From positions 1 through 59,430 of the forward strand of contig CANJOI010000001.1 in NCBI GenBank assembly GCA_947475365.1: a stretch of 59,430 bases of DNA, given 5' to 3'. A model generated the notes under the pieces. It searched no databases and was not told the origin of the DNA. It was given only the letters and a program-made list of their open reading frames with translations. This document shows, piece by piece, positions 48,454-59,430 of this stretch (position 1 is its first letter; each line of letters starts with the position of its first letter). Made by a program: the position numbers and the translations under genes. The DNA comes from Fidelibacterota bacterium (GTDB lineage Bacteria > Pseudomonadota > Alphaproteobacteria > Rhodospirillales > Rhodospirillaceae).

Positions 48454-48622
48454 GCGGGGACCTCTTCCTATATGCCCCTCTTGTACGGCGGCTGGGGGGC
48501 CCGACAAAGCAAAAATTCGCTTTGCGCCAAGGGGATAGGCTGTCGCGTTCCGCGTCCCCATGATACATATCCTTGCTCCCTCCCCCTAACCCTCTCCCTC
48601 ACACGCTTTTCGTATCGGCCTC

Positions 48623-49554
<932 letters not shown>

Positions 49555-49558
<4 letters not shown>

Positions 49559-50316
49559 ACGGTCCCGCCGTCGTTTCCATCTACGGCTTCGAGATGGCGC
49601 GCACCTTCCGCACCATCGTGCAGAGCATCGTCTCGCCGGTGCTGACCACCTCGCTCTATTTCGTGGTGTTCGGCTCGGCCATCGGTTCGCGCATGACCGA
49701 AGTGCACGGCGTGCCCTACGGCGCCTTCATCGTGCCCGGCCTGATCATGCTGTCGATCCTGACCGAGAGCATTTCCAACAGTTCGCTTGGGATCTACTTC
49801 CCGAAATTCACCGGCACGATTTACGAAATCCTGTCCGCGCCGATTTCGGCGGTGGAGATTGTCATGGGCTTCGTCGGCGCCGCCGCCACGAAATCGATGA
49901 TGATCGGCACCATCATCCTCGCCACCGCCTCTCTGTTTGTGCCGCTGCAGATCGTGCATCCGTTCTGGATGGTGGTGGTCATGGTCATCATGAGCGTGGC
50001 CTTCAGCCTGTTCGGGTTCATCCTGGGGGTGTGGGCCGACGGCTTCGAGAAGCTGTCGTTCGTGCCGGTGCTGATCATCACGCCGCTCACCTTCTTGGGC
50101 GGCAGCTTCTATTCCATCGACATGCTGCCGCCGTTCTGGCACACGGTCACGCTGTTCAATCCCGTGGTCTATATCATCAGCCTGTTCCGCTGGAGCTTCT
50201 TCGGCACCGCCGACGTGAGCGTCGGCGTCAGCCTCGCCATGACCCTCTTGTTCATCGCCGGCTGCCTCGGCTTCATCACCTGGATCTTCAAGACCGGCTA
50301 CAAGCTGAAGTCCTAG
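49555..50316 (+). CDS. ABC-2 type transporter permease (YadH-like)
   Basis: 253-aa ORF with six hydrophobic segments. Its ATG overlaps the ATPase stop (ATGA). Confidence 0.88.
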
Positions 50317-50384
50317 CCGCCCAGCAACAGCGGGATTCCCCAAATTCCCGAAACCGGGCACACTTGTGGCTCGGGGAGGCGTTC

Positions 50385-51602
50385 ATGAGCGCTAAGGGCG
50401 GGCCGCATTGGGAATGGATCGTGCTGGCGGCGGCCGGCAGCATGCTCATCACCATGGGCGCGCGCCAGTCCATCGGCCTGTTTGTCGCGCCCCTCGATCT
50501 CGCCACCGGCCTCGGCCTCGCCAAAATCAGCCTGTCGCTCGCCATCGGCCAGTTCATGTGGGGCTTCGCCCAGCCCATCGCCGGCGCGGTGGCCGATCGC
50601 TACGGCCCCGGCCGCATGATCGGCATCGGCTTGGTCATGCTGGTGACCGGCAACATCCTCACCCCGTTCATGGACAGCCTGCCGGGCCTGTCGTTCACCA
50701 TCGGTGTGCTGGCGGCGGGGGGTGCTGGCTGCGCCAGCTATTCCGTGCTCATGGGTGCGGTGGGGCGGCGCCTCGCGCCGGAAAAACGCGGACCCGCTTC
50801 GGGTATCATCGGCGCCGGCGGCTCGCTGGGTCAGTTCATCTTCGCCCCGCTGCTGGGGGCGATCATCACCGGTTGGGGTTGGCACGTAGCCATGTGGGCC
50901 AGCGCCGTCCTCGTCGCCTGCGCCATCCCGCTGGCGTTCGTGTTGCGCGCGCCGCCGTCGAGCACACCCGGCCTGCCTCTGCCGCAGTTCCTGGCCAATA
51001 TGGGCAAGGCCACTACATCGGCCATGGGCGACCGCAGCTATCTGCTGCTGCACGCGTCGTTCTTCACCTGCGGCTTCCACATCGCTTTCCTGGTCACGCA
51101 TTTGCCGGGCGAGATCGGCCTGTGCGGTTTGCCGCCATCGGTCGCGAGCTGGTCGCTGGCCATCATCGGGCTTTCCAATGTGGCGGGCAGTTTACTGTCC
51201 GGCTGGGCCATCGGCCGGTATTTGAGCAAGCACGTGCTGTTCGCGATGTATGCCTCGCGCGCGCTGTTGATCCTGATTTATCTCGCCTCACCCAAGACCG
51301 ACACGACGTTCTACATCTTTGCGGCGGGGTTGGGCCTGACGTGGCTCGCGACCGTGCCGCCCACGGCCATGATGGTGAACAAGCTGTTCGGCACGCGCTA
51401 TCTCTCGACCTTGGTGGGGCTCACCTTGCTCTCGCACCAGATCGGCGCCTTCTTCGGCGCCTGGATGGGCGGCATCGTGTTCACCGCCACCGGCACCTAC
51501 ACCTGGATGTGGTATATCGACATCGCGCTGGCCGGCATGGCCGCGCTGCTCAATCTCCCGATCCGGGAACCGCGGCGGCCGCCGGTCGAAGCGGCGGCTT
51601 GA
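50385..51602 (+). CDS. MFS transporter
   Basis: ATG 50385 lies after GGGGAGG (MSAKGGPHWEWIVLAAAGSMLITMGARQSIGLF...). There are about 12 hydrophobic segments. The 691-aa track ORF is an alternate-frame read-through of the ABC permease gene. Confidence 0.85.
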   Translation: MSAKGGPHWEWIVLAAAGSMLITMGARQSIGLFVAPLDLATGLGLAKISLSLAIGQFMWGFAQPIAGAVADRYGPGRMIGIGLVMLVTGNILTPFMDSLPGLSFTIGVLAAGGAGCASYSVLMGAVGRRLAPEKRGPASGIIGAGGSLGQFIFAPLLGAIITGWGWHVAMWASAVLVACAIPLAFVLRAPPSSTPGLPLPQFLANMGKATTSAMGDRSYLLLHASFFTCGFHIAFLVTHLPGEIGLCGLPPSVASWSLAIIGLSNVAGSLLSGWAIGRYLSKHVLFAMYASRALLILIYLASPKTDTTFYIFAAGLGLTWLATVPPTAMMVNKLFGTRYLSTLVGLTLLSHQIGAFFGAWMGGIVFTATGTYTWMWYIDIALAGMAALLNLPIREPRRPPVEAAA

Positions 51603-51649
51603 ATTCTTAAGGCAGGCGCGCGCCGCGTCCCAGCTTGACCGGGCAAGAA

Positions 51650-51675
51650 ATATTCATATATTTGAATATATGAAT
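51650..51675. promoter_or_regulatory. AT-rich dyad operator candidate for the ArsR/BigR-like repressor
   Basis: ATTCATATAT (51652..51661), spacer ttga, ATATATGAAT (51666..51675), with a nested ATATTCA/TGAATAT pair. It forms an AT island in GC-rich DNA and overlaps the first ATG (51670) of the regulator ORF. Confidence 0.6.
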
Positions 51676-51987
51676 GCAAATACCATGCGGAAAAAGGCGG
51701 CGGAAGTGGCGGAGCTGCTGAAGGTGCTTTCGCATCCGAAGCGGCTTCTGATCCTGTGCCATCTGGTCGAACAGGAGCGCGCGGTGGGCGACCTCGCGGT
51801 GCTCGTGGGCGTGCGCGAGGCTGCTGTGTCCCAGCAGCTGATTCTGCTGCGCAAGGACCGGCTGGTGGGCACCCGGCGCGAGGGGCGCACGGTGTTCTAC
51901 AGCCTTGCGCGGCCGGACATCAAAGCGCTCATCGGCTTTCTGTATGAAACCTACTGCGCCGGTGGCGGGCGGAGGCCGCGTGGCTGA
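51670..51987 (+). CDS. ArsR/SmtB-family regulator, BigR/SqrR-like persulfide sensor candidate
   Basis: 105-aa ORF: [51 protein letters not shown]. It has two Cys residues (C30, C96), 66 residues apart. It heads an operon with YeeE/YedE, persulfide dioxygenase and TauE genes. An alternative start is ATG 51685. Confidence 0.8.
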   Translation: MNANTMRKKAAEVAELLKVLSHPKRLLILCHLVEQERAVGDLAVLVGVREAAVSQQLILLRKDRLVGTRREGRTVFYSLARPDIKALIGFLYETYCAGGGRRPRG

Positions 51988-52414
51988 ATTCACACCGATA
52001 ACCTCCCTGGCCGGCGGCGTCTTGATCGGTTTGGCCGCCGTGGCCTTGATGCTGCTCAATGGACGCATCGCGGGGATCAGCGGGATTACCGCCGGCCTTC
52101 TCTCCGTGTCGGGCGGCGCGCCCGGGCGCGGCTGGCGCCTCGCCTTCGTCGGCGGGCTGATCGCCGCGCCGCTGTGTCTTGCCTTCTTTGAAGGCCCTCC
52201 CGCGATGACGATTTCCGGACCGCTGCCGGTCATGGCGCTGGCGGGCTTCCTGGTGGGTTTCGGAACGGTGCTCGGCAACGGCTGCACCAGCGGTCACGGC
52301 GTCTGCGGCATCGCCCGCCTCTCGCCCCGGTCCCTGGCGGCGACCGCGGCTTTCATGGCCGCGGGGATGGCCACGGTTTTCCTGGTTCGGCATATTTTCG
52401 CGGGTGCGCCGTGA
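51980..52414 (+). CDS. YeeE/YedE-family (sulfur-transport-like) membrane protein, first half-size gene
   Basis: ...[27 protein letters not shown]...[12 protein letters not shown], the conserved Cys motif. The track ORF starts at 51905 inside the regulator gene. GTG 51980 after GGAGG is more plausible. Confidence 0.78.
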   Translation: MAEFTPITSLAGGVLIGLAAVALMLLNGRIAGISGITAGLLSVSGGAPGRGWRLAFVGGLIAAPLCLAFFEGPPAMTISGPLPVMALAGFLVGFGTVLGNGCTSGHGVCGIARLSPRSLAATAAFMAAGMATVFLVRHIFAGAP

Positions 52415-52851
52415 AGCAGATATTGGCGGGTGCGGCGACCGGCATGCTGTTCGGGGCGGGTCTTTCGGTATCGGGCATGATCAACCCCGCGAAGGTCATC
52501 GCCTTCCTCGATCTTGCCGGCGGGTGGGACCCGAGCCTGGCCTTTGTGATGCTGGGCGCCGTGGCGGTCACCGCAATCGGCTACCGGCTGGTGCTGCGCC
52601 GCAGGGGTCCTGTGTTCGGTTCGGCATTCTCGCTGCCTCTCAGGCGCGACATCGACCCCGCGCTGCTCGGGGGCGCGGTATTATTCGGCGTCGGTTGGGG
52701 ATTGGGTGGTTACTGTCCCGGCCCCGCCCTCGCGGCGCTCGGCTTTGGTCAGACGCCGACTCTGGTCTTCGTGGCGGCGATGGCGGCCGGAATGATGGCC
52801 GCGCGTTCGCTCGGGCACGTGCTCCCTGGCCGCGCGGGAACGCACCAATGA
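52411..52851 (+). CDS. YeeE/YedE-family membrane protein, second half-size gene
   Basis: 146-aa ORF with a GTG start overlapping the upstream stop: [24 protein letters not shown]...[12 protein letters not shown]. Confidence 0.78.
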   Translation: MKQILAGAATGMLFGAGLSVSGMINPAKVIAFLDLAGGWDPSLAFVMLGAVAVTAIGYRLVLRRRGPVFGSAFSLPLRRDIDPALLGGAVLFGVGWGLGGYCPGPALAALGFGQTPTLVFVAAMAAGMMAARSLGHVLPGRAGTHQ

Positions 52852-53714
52852 ACCGGCTGCAGATCCAACCCTTCTTCGACAAGGCGACGTTCACGGTGAC
52901 ATACGTGATCGCCGACCAGGATACCGGGGTGTGCGCGGTCATCGACCCCGTGCTTGATTTCGACGCGGCGTCGGGCCGCGCGGGTCATGCCTCGGCCGAC
53001 GCGGTGATTGCCCATATCCGCGGCGCCGGCCTCTCGCTCGCCTGGATCCTCGAAACTCACGCCCATGCCGACCACCTGTCGGCGGCGGCCTACATCAAAG
53101 GTGTCCTCGGGGGCCGCACCGCCATCGGCCGCCATATCGTGGATGTGCAGAAAATCTTCGCGCCGATATTCAATCTTCGGGACGAATTTGTTCCAGACGG
53201 GCGTCAATTCGATGTGCTGTTCGCCGATGGCGATAGCTTCGCGGTCGGATCGCTGATCGGGCGGGTCATGCATACGCCGGGGCATACCCCCGCTTGCGTG
53301 ACCTATGTCATCGGCGGCGCGGCCTTCGTCGGCGACACGCTGTTCATGCCGGATTACGGCAGCGCGCGCGCGGATTTCCCGGGCGGAGACGCCGGCACCC
53401 TGTACAGGTCCATGCGCAGGATTCTGGAATTGCCAGATAACACCCGCCTTCTCACCTGCCACGACTACGGCACTCCCGCACGGCCGGATTTTGCCTGGGA
53501 GTCGACCGTCGCCGAGCAGCGGCGCGCCAATATCCATGTGCGCGACGGAATCGCCGAGAATGAATTTGTCGCTCTGCGCATGGCGCGCGACCGCACGCTC
53601 GGGATGCCGCACCTGATCCTGCCGTCGATCCAGGTGAATATCCGCGCGGGCGCCCTGCCGCCGCCGGAAGATAACGGCGTGTCGTATCTGAAGTTGCCCG
53701 TCAACGCACTGTAG
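52848..53714 (+). CDS. Metallo-beta-lactamase-fold persulfide dioxygenase (type II PDO / Blh-like)
   Basis: ATG 52848 overlaps the upstream stop (ATGA). It contains FFDKATFTVTYVIADQDTGVCAVIDPVLDFD, ILETHAHADHLSAA (HxHxDH) and TPGHTPACVTYV. The 436-aa track ORF is an upstream alternate-frame extension. Confidence 0.85.
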   Translation: MNRLQIQPFFDKATFTVTYVIADQDTGVCAVIDPVLDFDAASGRAGHASADAVIAHIRGAGLSLAWILETHAHADHLSAAAYIKGVLGGRTAIGRHIVDVQKIFAPIFNLRDEFVPDGRQFDVLFADGDSFAVGSLIGRVMHTPGHTPACVTYVIGGAAFVGDTLFMPDYGSARADFPGGDAGTLYRSMRRILELPDNTRLLTCHDYGTPARPDFAWESTVAEQRRANIHVRDGIAENEFVALRMARDRTLGMPHLILPSIQVNIRAGALPPPEDNGVSYLKLPVNAL

Positions 53715-53732
53715 AGCCGAAAGGGGGACCGC

Positions 53733-54498
53733 ATGCTCATCGCCATTCTGACCGTGTTGTCGGGTGTCGCGGAGGGGTTTGTGCTGGGTCTTCTGGGCGG
53801 GGGGGGGATCCATCCTCGCCGTGCCGTTGCTGCTGTATGTCGTCGGCGTGAGCGATCCCCATCTGGCCATCGGCACAAGCGCGGTGGCGGTCGCGGCCAG
53901 CGCCGCCATCAACCTTGTGCTGCATGCACGTGACGGCAACATCAGATGGCCCTGCGCCATCACTTACGCCGCCAGCGGCAGCTTCGGCGCGGCGCTCGGT
54001 GCGGCGCTCGGCAAGGCGGTTGACGGCAAACGCCTTCTCCTGGCCTTCGCGGTGGCCATGGTCGGTGTCGGCATATCCATGCTGTTGCGCAAGCCCGGCG
54101 CCGGCGACAGCAATGTACACATCTCGCCGCGCCTCGCGGCGCGGCTGGTCCCGATCGGTTTCCTGACCGGCATCGCCTCCGGATTCTTTGGAATCGGCGG
54201 CGGCTTTCTGGTGGTGCCCGGGCTGATCGGCGCCACCAACATGGTGATCCTGCACGCGGTGGGTTCAAGCCTGGTGGCCATCACCGCCTTCGGCGCCGCC
54301 ACCGCGGCCAGCTATGCCGGGTCTGGCCTCGTGCTGTGGGATGTGGCGGCGAAATTCATTGTGGGCGGGCTTGTGGGCGGGCTGATCGGCTCGCGCCTCT
54401 GCGCGACGCTGGCGAGCCGCAAGGCGCTGCTGACGCGCGTGTTCGCGATATTCATCTTCGCCACCGCCATTTACATCGGCTGGCGGTCGCTGCTGTAA
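53733..54498 (+). pseudogene. TauE/SafE-family sulfite/anion exporter, split by a frameshift in a G9 run
   Basis: The frame starting at 53733 gives MLIAILTVLSGVAEGFVLGLLGGGG, then nonsense. The +1 frame (track ORF 53764..54498) continues SILAVPLLLYVVGVSDPHLAIGTSAV.... Together these form the canonical TauE N-terminus. The junction is the homopolymer G(9) at 53799..53807. Confidence 0.8.
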
Positions 54499-54503
54499 CG
54501 GCC

Positions 54504-54986
54504 CTATTTAACGGTGATGCGTACGACATCGCGCACACCGCGTGCGCCGTGCTTGTCGCCGGGCACGACCACCCTCACGCTGCCGGCGGGATCCACCGGC
54601 TTGCCGTCCCGCAGGTAGGCGACCAGCACCTGTTTGGCCTCCAGGTTGGGTTCGATCTCGCCCATGGCCACCGCGATCACATAGTCATCGCCGCCCGTCA
54701 CCTCGACCACCCGCCGGAAGCGTCCACCCTTGCCCGCGCCGTCGATGACGCCGGCTTTGTTCAAGACATCCAGCAACAACACGCCGGTGAATTGGCTCTT
54801 CTGAATTTTGCCCTGGGCCTCGTAAGCGACGTCGACGGTGACGCCGGGCATCTTCCGCAACTCCGCGACCGTGAGCGTAAGCGTAAGCGTCTGTTTTACT
54901 TGCCCATCGACGGTGAAAGAGTCTGCCGCCGCCGCGATCCCCGTTGCAGCGAACCAAGACAGTAGAAAGACAATGACGAAGCGCAT
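54504..54986 (-). CDS. Secreted small protein, molybdopterin-oxidoreductase-fold-like (SUOX/YedY-type domain), function unknown
   Basis: 160-aa ORF with a signal peptide (MRFVIVFLLSWFAATGIAAAA). FTGVLLLDVLNKAGV...GDDYVIAVAMGEI...VLVAYLRDGKPV...VRVVVPGDKHGARGVRDVVRITV resembles the Oxidored_molyb fold. This call is from memory only. Confidence 0.45.
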   Translation of the reverse strand: MRFVIVFLLSWFAATGIAAAADSFTVDGQVKQTLTLTLTVAELRKMPGVTVDVAYEAQGKIQKSQFTGVLLLDVLNKAGVIDGAGKGGRFRRVVEVTGGDDYVIAVAMGEIEPNLEAKQVLVAYLRDGKPVDPAGSVRVVVPGDKHGARGVRDVVRITVK

Positions 54987-55000
54987 GAAAACTCCTCAGC

Positions 55001-55021
55001 GATATATTCCGTCAAATATAT
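55001..55021. promoter_or_regulatory. AT-rich inverted repeat upstream of the 160-aa secreted-protein gene
   Basis: GATATAT (55001..55007), 7-nt spacer, ATATATC (55015..55021). It lies 15 nt upstream of the ATG (54986), next to the SD GAGGAG. Confidence 0.4.
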
Positions 55022-55063
55022 CGCACATGCCGGGAATTGAAACGCGAAGCCGAGCGGGCCCGC

Positions 55064-55106
55064 GCCCGAAGGGCGCAAAAATTGAATCCGCCCGAAGGGC
55101 GCAAAA
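55064..55106. repeat. Two copies of a 17-nt direct repeat, each containing a GC hairpin
   Basis: GCCCGAAGGGCGCAAAA occurs at 55064..55080 and 55090..55106 (period 26). A related cgcccgaagg occurs at about 55269 on the other side of the tRNA. Confidence 0.7.
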
Positions 55107-55174
55107 CAAACAAACTCGATCCCGCTCAGCAGCGGAGTATGGAACCAGCGGGAGAGCTCTTACCGAGAAGCTAG

Positions 55175-55250
<76 letters not shown>

Positions 55251-55454
55251 GCACCAGCAAGGGACAGCGCCCGAAGGCCTGTCCTACAGGTAAAAGCGGC
55301 GGGAGAATGGGTCCAAAGGTGGCGGAAGTCAAGGCAGCCAAACCTATGGCTTTGTTGAATTATTCGCCCGCGTCAGGGCCGGGGCGCGCCTTGCGCGCGC
55401 CGGGAGCGGTCCTGTAGGGTAGCGCACCTTCACGCCCACCCCCATGTTCCGGTC

Positions 55455-55760
55455 ATGAACACCATCCTGATTCCCATCCTCCAGGTCCTCAGCGTCGCCC
55501 TGAATCTTTATTGGTGGGTGGTGCTGGTGGCGGTGATCCTGAGCTGGCTGGTGGCGCTCAACATGGTCAACACCCACAACCAGATTGTCCGCACCATCGG
55601 CAATTTCGTGCACCAGCTGACCGAGCCGGTGCTGCGCCGCATCCGCCGGGTTGTGCCGATGGCGGGCAATGTAGACCTGTCCACCATCGTGCTGTTCCTG
55701 ATCATCATCCTGCTCCAGCAATTCATCGCTCAGCTGATTTTCCGCCTGTCGATAGGTTGA
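55455..55760 (+). CDS. yggT: YggT-family membrane protein
   Basis: 101-aa ORF: LNLYWWVVLVAVILSWLVALNMVNTHNQIVRTIGNFVHQLTEPVLRRIRRVVP. Confidence 0.85.
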   Translation: MNTILIPILQVLSVALNLYWWVVLVAVILSWLVALNMVNTHNQIVRTIGNFVHQLTEPVLRRIRRVVPMAGNVDLSTIVLFLIIILLQQFIAQLIFRLSIG

Positions 55761-56077
55761 TCTTGAGCCGGCCGTTTTTCCGGCCTGATGCGGACGGCCT
55801 TTCGCTCACGCTCAAAGTCCAGCCCAAGTCCTCGCGCGACGCCATCGAAGGCGTGGTGGAGACGCCCGACGGGCTTGCCCTCAAGATCGCAGTCACAGCG
55901 CCGCCGGACAAAGGCAAAGCCAATGCGGCGGTCATCCTCCTGGTGGCCAAGGCCTTCGGCGTGGCTAAAAGCAATGTCACGCTGACCCTAGGTGAAACCG
56001 ACCGGCGCAAGGTGCTACACATCGCCGGCGACGCACCCGTTCTTCAAGCCATCGCGCAGCAGTGGAGACGCCCATGA
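55757..56077 (+). CDS. DUF167 (YggU) family protein
   Basis: TTG 55757 overlaps the yggT stop (TTGA). It contains [75 protein letters not shown]. The 188-aa track ORF runs upstream through yggT in another frame. Confidence 0.8.
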   Translation: MILSRPFFRPDADGLSLTLKVQPKSSRDAIEGVVETPDGLALKIAVTAPPDKGKANAAVILLVAKAFGVAKSNVTLTLGETDRRKVLHIAGDAPVLQAIAQQWRRP

Positions 56078-56988
56078 CCGCATATGTGATCGACGGTAAG
56101 GAAGCTTCCGCGCGCCTCAAGGACGGCGTCGCCAAGGCCGTGGCCCAGCTCAAGGAAAAGCACGGGATCGAGCCGGGACTCGCCACGGTGCTGGTGGGCG
56201 AAGACCCCGCGAGCCAGGTCTATGTGCGCAACAAGCAGAAGACCGCGGTGGCGCTGGGGATGAAGTCCTTCCAGCACGACCTGCCCGCGACCACCAGCGA
56301 GGAGGACTTGCTGGCGCTGGTGCGCAAGCTCAACGCCGCGCCCGAGGTGCACGGCATCCTGGTACAACTGCCGGTGCCCAAGCACATCGATGCCTTCAAG
56401 GTGATCACCACAACGGCTGTCGCCAAGGATGTGGACGGCCTGCATCCCGAAAGCGCCGGGCGCCTGGTGGCGGGCGGCGACGCACTGGTGTCCTGCACGC
56501 CCATGGGCTGCATCATGCTGGCGAAGGATGTGCTCGGCGATCTCACCGGCAAGCACGCCGTGGTGGTGGGGCGCTCCAACCTGGTGGGCAAGCCGGTGGC
56601 GCACCTGCTGTTGAACGAGAACTGCACCGTCACTATCGCCCACTCGCGCACCAGGGATCTCGCGGCCATTTGCCGCAGCGCCGATATCCTGGTGGCGGCG
56701 GTCGGCCGGCCCGAGATGATCCGTGGCGATTGGATCAAGCCGGGCGCCTGTGTCATCGACGTGGGTATCAACCGCGTGCCGACGCCGGACGGCAAAGGCC
56801 GTCTCGTGGGCGACGTGAATTATGCCGAGGCGTCACAGGTGGCCGCGGCCATCACGCCAGTGCCGGGCGGCGTCGGGCCCATGACCATCGCCTGCCTGAT
56901 GGTGAACACCTTGAAGGCGGCCTGCGCCCAGAACGGGATCACCGACGTGGAGATTCCGCAGAAGCTGCCGGCGAAAACGGCGGTCTAA
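56074..56988 (+). CDS. folD: Bifunctional methylenetetrahydrofolate dehydrogenase/cyclohydrolase
   Basis: [16 protein letters not shown]..., [49 protein letters not shown] 56074 overlaps the DUF167 stop (ATGA). The track start 56062 is also possible. Confidence 0.94.
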   Translation: MTAYVIDGKEASARLKDGVAKAVAQLKEKHGIEPGLATVLVGEDPASQVYVRNKQKTAVALGMKSFQHDLPATTSEEDLLALVRKLNAAPEVHGILVQLPVPKHIDAFKVITTTAVAKDVDGLHPESAGRLVAGGDALVSCTPMGCIMLAKDVLGDLTGKHAVVVGRSNLVGKPVAHLLLNENCTVTIAHSRTRDLAAICRSADILVAAVGRPEMIRGDWIKPGACVIDVGINRVPTPDGKGRLVGDVNYAEASQVAAAITPVPGGVGPMTIACLMVNTLKAACAQNGITDVEIPQKLPAKTAV

Positions 56989-56991
56989 GGC

Positions 56992-57756
56992 CTAGAACTT
57001 AGAAAAATCCGGCGCGCGCTTTTCCAGGAAGGCGGCGGCGGCTTCCTTGAATTCCGGCGACTTCAGGCGCGCGGAGAAGATTTCCACTTCCTTGGCGATC
57101 CAGTCGGAAATGGCGCCCTCTTTGCCGCGCAGGAGCACCTTGGTGGCGCGTAACGACGCGGAGGGCTTGGCCGCCAGAATCTTGGCCTTGGCGGTGACCG
57201 TCGCCATCAGGTCGGCGGCGGGGATAACCGCGTTCACCAGGCCATGCGCATGGGCCTGCTCGGCGGAGAACGGCTCGCCCAGCAGCAACAGTTCCGCCGC
57301 CCGCTGATAGCCGATGATATGCGGCAGCAGCAGGCTGGAGGCGAACTCCGGCACCAGGCCCAGGTTGACGAAGGGCAGCGCGAACTTGGCCTCGGGGCTG
57401 GCGTAAACCAGATCACAGTGCAGCAGCACGGTGGTGCCGATGCCGACGGCGACACCGGCGACCGCGCCGATCACAGGCTTGGTCAGCGCCACCATGGCGG
57501 CCATGAATTGGAACACCGGCGCGCCGAGGTCGCGCGGCGGGCTTTCCAGGAAATCCTTCAGGTCGTTGCCGGCGGTGAAGGCGCCGCCGACGCCGGTGAG
57601 CACCACCACGCGCACGGCGGCGTTGTCTTCCGCGTCTTTCAGCACCCGTGCCGCTTCGGCGTACATGGCGCCGGTAATGGCGTTCTTCTTTTCCGGACGG
57701 TTAAACGAGAGCGTCAGAATTCCGTCCGCGATGGTCGATGTGATGTGCTCGCTCAA
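56992..57756 (-). CDS. Enoyl-CoA hydratase/isomerase (crotonase) family protein
   Basis: LTLSFNRPEKKNAITGAMY, VVVLTGVGGAFTAGNDL, AVAGVAVGIG. TTG 57756 is preceded by GGGAGA and overlaps the HAD stop (TTGA). The 315-aa track ORF is an alternate-frame extension into the HAD gene. Confidence 0.85.
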   Translation of the reverse strand: MSEHITSTIADGILTLSFNRPEKKNAITGAMYAEAARVLKDAEDNAAVRVVVLTGVGGAFTAGNDLKDFLESPPRDLGAPVFQFMAAMVALTKPVIGAVAGVAVGIGTTVLLHCDLVYASPEAKFALPFVNLGLVPEFASSLLLPHIIGYQRAAELLLLGEPFSAEQAHAHGLVNAVIPAADLMATVTAKAKILAAKPSASLRATKVLLRGKEGAISDWIAKEVEIFSARLKSPEFKEAAAAFLEKRAPDFSKF

Positions 57757-58424
57757 GGCATTTCTCCCAGAATCTGCGCCAGGTCCTGCATGTCGCGGGC
57801 GACGTGGACCGCGCCCGCGTCGCTCAACCGGCTGCCCAGGCGCGGTGAGCAGTGACCGCCGCCGACGAAACCGATGGCGGTCATGCCCGCCGCCACCGCC
57901 GACTTTACACCGTTGATGCTGTCTTCGACCGCGACGCAAGCGCCGGGATCGATCCCGAGCTGCGCCGCGGCGTGCAGGTAGATGTCCGGGAACGGCTTGC
58001 CGCGCGCGACCAATTCTCCCGAATAAATATGCGGGTCGAAAGCCTCAAACAGGCGGGCGCGGCGCAATTTATGCTTGATGTGGTCGAGGCCTGAGCTGGA
58101 CGCCACCGCCACCGGCACTTTGAGATCGGCGACGGCCTCATGCACGCCGGGCACCGCCTCGGTGAATTCCGACATCTCCGCCCAGATCATATCGATCAGG
58201 CGCGGACCGAACCCTTCGGGCAAGGGCGCGCCCAGGCGTTCGCGGTGATCCTTGTCCAGCTCGGCGTGGAAGGCGGCGTGGGTCTGGCCCAGGAATCGTT
58301 CGGCAAAGGCATGGGCATCGTCATAGTGCAGGCCGATGTCGGCCAGGGCCTTCAGCTCCACGCGGAGCGCGATGATCTCGCTGTCGACGAGAACGCCGTC
58401 GCAGTCGAAAATCACTGCGTCCAT
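57753..58424 (-). CDS. HAD-superfamily hydrolase (subfamily IA phosphatase/phosphomutase-like)
   Basis: 223-aa ORF with MDAVIFDCDGVLVDSE (DxD motif), VAVASSS and VAVEDSINGVKSAVAAGM. Confidence 0.85.
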   Translation of the reverse strand: MDAVIFDCDGVLVDSEIIALRVELKALADIGLHYDDAHAFAERFLGQTHAAFHAELDKDHRERLGAPLPEGFGPRLIDMIWAEMSEFTEAVPGVHEAVADLKVPVAVASSSGLDHIKHKLRRARLFEAFDPHIYSGELVARGKPFPDIYLHAAAQLGIDPGACVAVEDSINGVKSAVAAGMTAIGFVGGGHCSPRLGSRLSDAGAVHVARDMQDLAQILGEMP

Positions 58425-58433
58425 AACAGGAGT

Positions 58434-59430
<997 letters not shown>

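Overview
GC-rich chromosomal segment with alphaproteobacterial gene content and synteny. About 85% is conserved housekeeping, tightly packed and mostly on the minus strand. The blocks are: pnp-rpsO-truB-rbfA-infB-(YlxR/L7Ae)-nusA-rimP; trmB; metK; an XRE regulator; lnt-corC-ybeY-phoH-miaB; an olsA/olsB-like ornithine-lipid pair; fur; rimI-tsaB; tsaD; gpsA; acs; htpX; rsmB; yggT-DUF167-folD; argG; and one tRNA-Ala(CGC). Many long ORFs in the six-frame track are antisense or alternate-frame artefacts of the high GC content. Several real genes are over-extended at their 5' ends in the track.

The most unusual object is a single 1409-codon ORF (23144..27373, minus). It joins an N-terminal uroporphyrinogen-III synthase (HemD) domain to a C-terminal transmembrane, coiled-coil, mitofilin/Mic60-like module. 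The connection is a ~660-residue E/R/A/K-rich segment partly built from two arrays of 153-bp tandem repeats, followed by a Pro/Asp/Glu-rich linker. A hemY-like gene lies immediately downstream.

Other items worth a second look:
- a BigR/SqrR-type persulfide-response operon (ArsR regulator with an AT-rich dyad operator, two YeeE/YedE genes, a persulfide dioxygenase) whose TauE/SafE exporter is frameshifted in a G9 homopolymer;
- a ~6.6 kb translationally coupled envelope glycoconjugate cluster (2 methyltransferases, GT4, UPF0104 flippase-like protein, AsnB-like amidotransferase, GtrB/ArnC-like GT2) next to an ABC-2 exporter;
- a ManC with an 80-residue Lys/Arg/Pro-rich tail;
- an untracked 58-codon DUF1674/SDHAF4-like ORF;
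- an intrinsic terminator 33 nt upstream of rimP;
- a long metK leader with an anti-SD element.

No CRISPR array, transposase, integrase or rRNA was seen.
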